64,000 nucleotides of DNA from the NCBI GenBank assembly GCA_951406725.2, contig OX597814.1:221712001-221776000 (forward strand). Reading direction: 5' to 3'. The position numbers and the translations under genes are program-made. Every line of letters begins with the position of its first letter. Within the stretch, counting starts at the first letter, position 1. Below, one piece after another: positions 55,903 through 64,000 of this stretch. The notes below the pieces were generated by a model. The model saw only the letters and a program-made list of their open reading frames with translations. It was not told where the DNA came from and ran no database searches. This stretch comes from Octopus vulgaris (taxonomy: Eukaryota).

Positions 55903-57133
55903 TACAGGGTGCGTAAGATATTTGATATTTGGGGACAGATTTATGTTTATAAAATAACACCTGTATAATTACAGATAATAACTTTCTTTTTCAAAAAGTG
56001 CTTTGAGGATAAAAATAAACCTTTTTTTATAATGTTATTCAATAAAGCCACTTTCAGCTTCAACACCTGCTTCGGCATGAAATCTAAATCATCGAATCAA
56101 GTGGTCCTGGTTCATTTTGGACATTACTCTGAATATGGCACCTTTCAAAATATCTTTGGTGCTAGAGGCGTGTTCATTAACCTCTCTCTTTCTCAACAAC
56201 GCTCCACATGTAGTAGTGCAATGGATTGAGATCTAGGGAATCAGAAGACCAAATGTTAGAGGTTATGCGATCATGAAAATTTTCAGCCATCCATTCCTGT
56301 GTTACTAGAGCTATGTGTGATAGAGTCTTACTGAAATACAAATGACCTTCTATTGCATACACTGTCCATTCAGGGGTTAATTATTTCCAGGGTCTCAAAG
56401 TAGGCAGCAGAGTAAGCTCTAAGGTCTTTTGGAAAGAAGTATTGAGGCATCACCTGTCCTTCATTGCAGACAACCTCTACAACTATGACAATTGCAGGAA
56501 ATATTGTATGCTTAACAATGGAACTTCAGAAGAGTCTGTACGTAACCATCTGTCATTTCTTTTGTTAACATTTTGATGTTGGTCGAAGCTTTTCTCGTTT
56601 GAGAAAAAACAAATCAAACTGCTGCTGAATTCTTCAGTTTGTTTAAGAGCCTTTTAGATGTGATGTAGTAATTTTCTTTTGTTTTTCTGACAAATTGACC
56701 TTTCTCCATTATATAAGGCTAATATCTATGCCTTCATGGACAGCATTTCTGAATGTTCCTTCTGATACATGGAGATCTTTTGCAATTGATTTCATGGAAT
56801 TACTGGAATTGTAATCAATGGTCTGTTGAACTTATATAAATGCAGGTGTTCTAAGGATTTCAGAGCGTTTAGGATGCTTTTCCTGCTTTGATACTGGTGA
56901 TTCTGTAGCTCTTTACAAACTCAGTAGACGAAAGATCTGGCAACTTTTAAAAATCGTGATAATTTTAAATCGCTATGCTCAGATTTTATAACCGCAATAG
57001 CCGCACGCCTCTTCATTTCTTGAGTAAGCTGAGGGTCTACCATTATTATTTTCTGAAACAAAGATTATACAGAGTTAGCAAAAATGCAGCAATGACTCCA
57101 AGAAGTTATGTCCTCAAATACCTTACCCTGTAT
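55903..57133 (-). mobile_element. Tc1/mariner-superfamily transposon fossil
   Basis: TA-flanked TIRs (tacagggt..aagatatttg / caaataccttaccctgta). The minus strand gives HIALVTQEW..IWSSDSLDLNPLHYYMWSVVE, corresponding to the WPxxSPDLNPxD motif. Confidence 0.85.
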
Positions 57134-57242
57134 ATGTATATATATTGGAAGAGAGAGGCGGAGGGACAGAGAGAGGTGGGAGAATGAAGAAAACTAGTAT
57201 ATATATTATATTATATTATTTATATATATATATATATATATA

Positions 57243-57803
57243 TCACTACAGTGTTCCTCATGCCATTCAATAACAACTTTAGCTGTGTGAATTGGTGCAT
57301 TATCAACCTGAATGATTGTGCTCCTCTCTGGAAACAGTTCTGCAACTATAGGATGAATTTGATGAGATAAAATGGCAAAATAGTCTTGACTATCAATTCT
57401 GCCATGAAGGAAAACAATTCGCGTAAGAGTCGACAGTACCTATCTGATAATTTCGGTTTTTTCTTGAGTTTTGTTTCGACGTGGAGGGTTTTTTTGCCTC
57501 TTTCTCAAAGGCTGTCATTACTTTCAAGATAGTACTTCTTCATACACCAAACATTTCGGCTGTTTTCGCTACGCTACGCTAGCTCCTGCCATACGAGCAC
57601 CAACAATTTGACCTCTTTGAAAGTCCGATAGATCTGTCATTGTAATGAATTTTAATTACCTTTTTCTGATGATATCTGATAAGAAACAGCAATTTTAGCA
57701 AAACATGTTAAGCAACACTAATAATAAATAAAAAAAACATAAAAATAAAGAAGATTTTGACGGTTTTATAGGTATTTGAAAATTATTTTGTCCAACCCCT
57801 GTA
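57243..57803 (-). mobile_element. Internally deleted Tc1-like transposon
   Basis: MTDLSDFQRGQIVGARMAGASV..TAEMFGV from an ATG at 57640; terminus ta-caggggttggacaaaataat. Confidence 0.8.
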
Positions 57804-57921
57804 TATATATGTGTATGCATATATATTCGTTTTCTTTTTAAGAAAATACATAAATCCAGGGAAGAAGCATACTCTAAGAAGTAGAGCAGTCTATATAAAT
57901 TACTGGTGAAGGTCGGTTTAA

Positions 57922-57979
57922 AGGGTTACCTTGGATTTCTCGCCATAAAGGGTGCCTTTATGGCGTATCTTCAGACCCT
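57922..57979 (-). ncRNA. Type I hammerhead ribozyme
   Basis: Reverse complement: agggt-CTGAAGA-ta-cgccataaagg-cac-cctttatggcg-a-GAAA-tccaagg-TA-accct, with a 5-bp stem I and an 11-bp stem II. Confidence 0.75.
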
Positions 57980-58212
57980 AGAACATGTTGGCCTATGACC
58001 TCTTTAAAATATGAAGGGGGGAACGATACATATATAAACAATGGGGATTATCTCCCTTTAGTGTTGGCCATCGACTTCCGGCTGTGTCGTCTTCAGTCGC
58101 GCACCTGTCGGCTATGAGTGTAAAAGGTAGGAAGTTTTCCCTTTTTTCTCATCAGCGATCAATTTTCAATTGTGGTGTATTTATCGCTAATACCGATGTT
58201 TCCCTCTATGTT

Positions 58213-58766
58213 CTTATTTTTCATTTCCTTGCTATTAAATGTGGTTTTGGTCGTTTTGGCTGCTTCTTCTAGCGTGATAAATTACCTGTTAAAGGGTAGT
58301 TTTCTCTTGTGTTTAAATGTACACTATTTTATATTGAATATGTTGTCTATTGACTATTTATACACGCTTGGCCACTGGCGGTGATATTTCTAAGAATATT
58401 CGCTACCCTATATATGTAACTTACAAATATGATCTTAGCATTCACGAAGAATCAGCTCGGCATTATCCATTTACTGCCGACTGAATCTGCGCTTGCGCGC
58501 TAAATTTTGAAAGATTATGACATATAACAATGAGACACGTGTTATTTGTCTCTGAATTATAAGTTAGTTATTAAGGCCGGTTACTGATGAGAGTTCGCCT
58601 AGCAAATTATCTTATTTGCTAAAGAAATTTGAAACCTAGGTATAACCGCAACATATAACAAGGTAAAAGCTTTTATTTTTCATTTCCTTCGAAACTTGCT
58701 TTTAAACGTGGTTTTCATCGTTTTGGTTGCTTCTAGCGTGTAAAATTACCTGTTAAAGGGTAGTTT
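58213..58766 (+). repeat. Diverged direct repeat bracketing the 58578 hammerhead (pLTR-like)
   Basis: 58213-58302 matches 58672-58766 (tttcatttcctt...ttctagcgtg..aaattacctgttaaagggtagttt). Confidence 0.75.
58578..58648 (+). ncRNA. Type I hammerhead ribozyme
   Basis: Stem I cggtta/taaccg, CTGATGA at 58584-58590, extended stem II (tagcaaat/atttgcta), GAAA, palindromic ACCTAGGT and GTA triplet ending at 58642. Confidence 0.85.
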
Positions 58767-58931
58767 AAGGGTATATATATATATATATATATATGTTTGA
58801 TTAACGAGGAAAGATCCAGAGAAATAGCTACCAGGGTTGCCAAATGTCGCATAAGCACTTAAGATATTAGTAACCACACATATATGGGTAATAATTCCAA
58901 GGAGAAGTGAGACGTGTTTTGGGGAACATAA

Positions 58932-59265
58932 GGGAAATGGAAAATGGAGACAAACGTACAAGATATTATTTAAATCATTTAGATCACCGACATAGGATCC
59001 ATTAAAATGAATCCGGGAGGATAAATAAGGTGGAATAATGTATCAATCTCAACAGGGAAGAGATTAATATATCATTAATAAGCCATTTTTACAAATGTAT
59101 AAACGGTTTATTAATGAACAGTGTTATTTATAATCTTTTCCCTGATGAGATTGATACAATATTCCACCTTACTTTCCTCCCGGATCAATGTTAATGTATC
59201 CATCGAAACATATGTCGGTGATATAAATGATTTAGATGTACGTTTGTCTCCATTATCCATTTCTC
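58932..59265. mobile_element. Diverged inverted-repeat element between (TA)n tracts carrying a hammerhead
   Basis: ~58932-59066 is an inverted copy of ~59131-59265. Confidence 0.7.
59140..59220 (+). ncRNA. Type I hammerhead with long stem II
   Basis: CTGATGA at 59142-59148, stem II gat..gataca/tgtatc..atc, GAAA, palindromic ACATATGT and GTC triplet ending at 59216; stem I is weak (cc/gg). Confidence 0.6.
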
Positions 59266-59273
59266 TCTCATTT

Positions 59274-59381
<108 letters not shown>

Positions 59382-59505
59382 TGTATGTATGTATGTATGT
59401 ATGTATGTATTCGCGAGCTCGCATGCGCACATACGATATGTTATAATGATAACTTATGCGCCGATAAATTATATTTACTAATTCCACAATTTAACATCTA
59501 GATTT

Positions 59506-61804
59506 GTTGCGTGCAACTAATTGAGTCCACGTGGAAGTGTTCTGATGTATCTAATAAAAATGTATTTTCTTGTCTATGCTTTCCAATAAATTCGGCTGAG
59601 TTGCTTTTTTAGTTTTCCTTCATATTTCAAATGTTAAATGTAATCTGTTGACACGTTGTGTGTAATTGATAGAAACCTTAATCTTTGTCACTCTCATTAT
59701 ATAAGTCAGATTATAGAAATTTCGTACAATAAAATTCAATAATTTTTAGAAACTTATCTATCTACGGACCAGGAATCACTAAGTCTTGAGGCTAACACTC
59801 TTTCAGTTGAGCTATTTCGACTATTTACCGACAGTATTATATTTCTTAGACATATATTGTTTCTAACAGATGAATTCTAAGTAGCTGGAACTATAAATAA
59901 TGTCTTGTAAATATTAAATTTTAAAATGTATTTTATAGAATATTCCCATGACTCGGATGGGTGTTTTTGTCTGAAAGGTTTTTCAACATAATATTTACAC
60001 ACTATGATATACAACCGTATCTATTTAGAGTTCAACCGTTAAAAGTGAATTATTTCACATAATTTAGAGTTTGCTGAATTCATATAACATAAACAATATT
60101 TTTAGTTATCAAAATGGGAATATTATATGAAATTATACCATATATAATGTGTTAAATAATAAATAGAGTAAATAAAAATGCATTCAAAATATGCTGTGGT
60201 TTATATTATTTTACATCTTTCATTTAGTTTTTCTATTTGTCTGAGATACACGAGAATAAAAGGCCAGGTCCTTTGTACTTTTTTCAAGGACTCCCTTCAA
60301 GACCAAACGCTTTTATCCACAGATATTTCAGAATTTGCTCAACGCACATCAATTCTGCTGCTGCTAACACTATTTCTTAAATACAGGCTTTATTCAATAA
60401 TATAGCTCGTGATATACAAGTAACATGATTGACATGACAGAAAAGTATTTCATTGTAATTTATCGACTACTAATGAATTGAGAGTACACGACAGCTCCGA
60501 AGTTTATTTACAGCAAATGACAGAACGCCAGTTTCAAGGTTCGTCATCTATTGGATACAACAGTAATTTTTGTTCTCAAAACACTGCTACCATCTTAAAA
60601 ATACAAATACAAACACACTAGCAGCACACATACATATAAAATGTAGATATGTATATACATTCTTACATACACACATCCAGACATACACACACGCAAACAT
60701 ACACATACACACACACGTAGACATACACATACACACATACATGCCTAAAGACGTAAAGACAAGAGGTATGAAAAGTGAATATATATCTATTTAACCACAT
60801 GACTTCCACAGTATTACAGCCATTTCAGAATCTCCTTCGTGTAGTGTTAATTTCGGCATGCAAGAAATTATGCATATCCGTTTAATTTAATGCGTAAGCA
60901 CATCACAATACAATACAATTGTATATTCACAAATTAATACAAATATGGAGAGCCATAGTGTTTACATTATGTCAGCTCTGTCGATAAAATGCCAACACTT
61001 CATGCTGAGATATTCAGAAAAGAATAAAATCAATGTTACCCATACATACTTTCTTGACAAACTAAAGTTATATTCTGGCAACATGCTTGACATAATGAGA
61101 TAATTAGAGCCAGTCACAGCATTCTCACGAAACATTGAATTGATATTTTTCGTAAGATAAATACTCATACATGATAGCCAACTGCGGTAAGATTGTCGAC
61201 CAGAAAGAGAACATGTACCGCAATGGCTTGTCTCTCTCCCCTATCTCTAATGACGAAAGCTACAAGTACCTTGGAATCGATTAGAATGTTGCATACGTTG
61301 GTGCTGTGACTGAAGCCAGATTAACAAAAATGTATTTCAGTAAAAACACCCATCCGAGTCATGGGAATATTCTATAAAATACATTTTAAAATTTAATATT
61401 TACAAGACATTATTTATAGTTCCAGCTACTTAGAAATCATCTGTTAGAAACAATATATGTCTAAGAATTATAATACTGTCGGTAAATAGTCGAAATTGCT
61501 CAACTGAAAGAGTGTTAGCCTCAAGACTTAGTGATTCCTGGTCCGTAGATAGATAAGTTTCTAAAACTTATTGAATTTTATTGTACGAAATTTCTATAAT
61601 CTGACTTATATAATGAGAGTGACTAAGATTAAGGTTTCTATCAATTACACACAACGTGTCAACAGATTACATTTAACATTTGAAATATGAAGGAAAAACG
61701 AAAAAGCAACTCAGCGGAATTTATTGGAAAGCATAGACAAGAAAATAAAATTTTATTAGATACATCAGAACACTTCCACGTGGACTCAATTGGTTGCACG
61801 CAAC
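59506..61804. repeat. Long inverted repeat with ~470-bp arms (59506-59976 and 61335-61804)
   Basis: Reverse-complement match with about a dozen mismatches counted by eye; spacer ~1.36 kb. Confidence 0.92.
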
Positions 61805-62760
61805 TCATAGATGACTGCATTTAACAAGATCATATCTCACAATTCTTTTGCAGTGTTTGAGCTAGTAGCAACGTTTGGGAGACTGGACTGGATACTCGAC
61901 GAGAATCGCAGCCTCGACATCAAAACCATAAAGGTATTGACCACCACTGATAACTTCCACATTAACAACGACAACGATAGGGTCTATGTGCGACGCAGTG
62001 ATGGCCGTAGAAGCATAAGGTCATTCCAAATAGCTTTTGAATGTCGCATTGTGTCACTCAGACAACACCTGTTGTAAAGAAAGAAGCGTGTAAATCCCAG
62101 GCATGCTGAGAAATGAGATCAACAGATTCTTCAGAGTTGGAGAAGAACTACTGTGAAGATACTCTGAGCACACAACTGTCTCATGTGATTTAAAGGAGGC
62201 TGGATTGGCCTACATAAACTGAAGCTTGGAGGAGAAGCAGACATCACAACAGTAACAAGCAATGCAAGAGTACACACCCTGCAAGCGAGAGTGTAGCAAC
62301 AGCATTGGCAGGAAGAGTAGCCTCTCAAAGACCTGTGAGAGATACATTAAATACGTCTTCGAAAGATATGCCATCGTCATCCAGGAACAGGAAATAGAGA
62401 GGGACAAAGATAGCATCAAATCTCCACGTTTTGAGAGAAAATATTAGCTTTGCTATACCAGTGAGGTAGATATCACCCACAACATCATCAGCTACTCCAA
62501 AATGCTTATGAGTTACTACCTGCACCTGAAGCATGCCACACAGCAATGTTATCTAAGCGTAGCAACTTTGATAGGGTACACCAAGATGGAAAATATTCTT
62601 TATAAAAGCTTTCATATTTCAACGCTAACGGTGCATGTGTGGAGAAAAGATTTTGAGCAAGAAAAAGATACTGAAGTCTCCACGATATGGAATATTTCAG
62701 TTGATAGATCTTGGTACATGCTGCTATCAGAAAGCAAAAATGCCGACCACCTAACAGTTT
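61184..62760 (+). mobile_element. Decayed R4/Dong-like retrotransposon interrupted by the inverted-repeat arm
   Basis: GKIV..ESYKYLGID..LTKMYFS, then the insert, then NS*MTAFNKIISHNSFAV..LDW..LDIKTIKVLT..FH..DRVYVRRSDG and IQEQEI. This is collinear with ORF 3427-4731. Confidence 0.8.
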
Positions 62761-63016
62761 CGCCAATCCATCACCCTGGGTGAGTAATTTATTTATCGAC
62801 CAAGAAATAATTGAAGACAATGAGATCTCGTCGGGATTTGTACTCCGTTTTCAGTGAGTGGGATGAAATTTCGTTTTGTTAACGTCTAGGTTTATCCACA
62901 GATAGGGCAGCAGAACTGGCCGCTTACTGGGCATATATTACGTTGAAGCAACTCTTAGATGTCACTTGTTGGTAGTATACTCTATGTATATACATATAAA
63001 CTCACTCATCTATGAA

Positions 63017-63107
63017 TGTATGTATGTATGTATGTGTGTATGTATGTATGTATGTATGTATGTATGTATGTATGTATCTATCTATCTATCTATCTAACTA
63101 TTTACCA

Positions 63108-63157
<50 letters not shown>

Positions 63158-63182
63158 TTACCTATCTATCTATCTATCTATA
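63017..63182. repeat. (TATG)n-(TATC)n microsatellite
   Basis: Seen directly. Confidence 0.95.
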
Positions 63183-63523
63183 TACGAGTTAAGTTGTTCC
63201 CGGAAACAGCTCGTAAAGCAAAAACTCGTGAAGTAGAGCAATAATTTCCTATAGTAGCAATGTTATAAATCATAATTCCCTCCCAGCAAAATATTTTACC
63301 TATAAAATTTATAATACTCGTAAATAAATGGCAATAAAACAACAGTAGAATGTAAAGTACGTTTTATGTAAAGTATAAAGCATATCAAGATCATTTATAA
63401 TAAAAATATTATTATGTTCGTTTTATGAAAACCTTTATGAAACGGTGTGTTAACAACAAACAAGATGAGGGCACATAGCCGTCAAATGTAAATAATGTAA
63501 ATAATGTACATAATTCTTCATCT

Positions 63524-63572
<49 letters not shown>

Positions 63573-63574
63573 GC

Positions 63575-63968
63575 CAAAATGTTTCAGTCGTTAGACTGTG
63601 GACAAGTTGGGTCACCGCCTTGGAGGATTTTCGTCGAATGAATCGACCCTAGTATTTATTTTATTTTTTTCTAACGCTGTTAACTATTCTACTAGGTTCT
63701 CTTTCGCCAAACTGCTACGTTAGTCGGATGTAAATATGCCAACACCGGTTTTCAAGCGGTGGTGGGGCAGAAACATAGATACGGAAGTACAGGCGCACAC
63801 GTATAATCATACGGCGGCTTCTTTCAGTTTTCCCTTACCAAACTTACTGTTAAGGCTTTGATCCCTGCGTGTCTAGAGTAGAAGACACTCGATCATGTTG
63901 CCCCGAATTGGGACTGAACCCAGGGTCATGTGGTTGGGGAGCATTTTCTTTACCTCTTAGCCACGCCC
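63575..63968 (-). mobile_element. SINE, 20948 family, diverged near-full copy
   Basis: tgtttcagtc...atcgaccc...ccaacaccggtt..caagcggtggtgggg...gggactgaaccc..catgtggttggg. Confidence 0.7.
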
Positions 63969-64000
63969 GCAACAAGAGAAGACATGTAGGATAAAGTGTC

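Noticed and set aside
57666-57690. CTGATGA-tatctgata-a-GAAAC hammerhead-like string
   Set aside because: It has no stem III or stem I pairing and no NUH site, and lies in a Tc1 leader, so it is likely chance.
59506-61804. Foldback or TIR DNA transposon interpretation of the long inverted repeat
   Set aside because: No target-site duplication or transposase is visible, and a Dong ORF is collinear across the right arm.

Overview
AT-rich eukaryotic DNA with no recognisable host protein-coding gene. The SINE families and the dense (TA)n, (CA)n and (TATG)n microsatellites resemble an octopus genome, which is an inference. Nearly all ORF-track entries are microsatellite translation artefacts. The window is a collection of decayed transposable elements: a fairly young R4/Dong-type RLE retrotransposon sitting in a (TAA)n tract plus four more Dong-like fragments, a CR1-group LINE, several Penelope-like (RT/GIY-YIG) fragments, Tigger and Tc1/mariner fossils, Helitron-like elements and tRNA-derived SINEs. 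The strongest hidden signal is RNA structure. About 15-20 intact, variant or partial hammerhead ribozyme (HHR) motifs occur, mostly in short fold-back elements embedded in (TA)n that look like Penelope pseudo-LTR ends. These include intact type I HHRs at 20563, 44741, 57922(-), 58578 and 59140, and U3-A8 covariant cores at 50849 and 39090. A candidate HHR at 45108-45203 has its three strands in an order that matches none of types I, II or III. A ~470-bp inverted local duplication also splits a Dong reading frame. All alignments and folds were done by eye.
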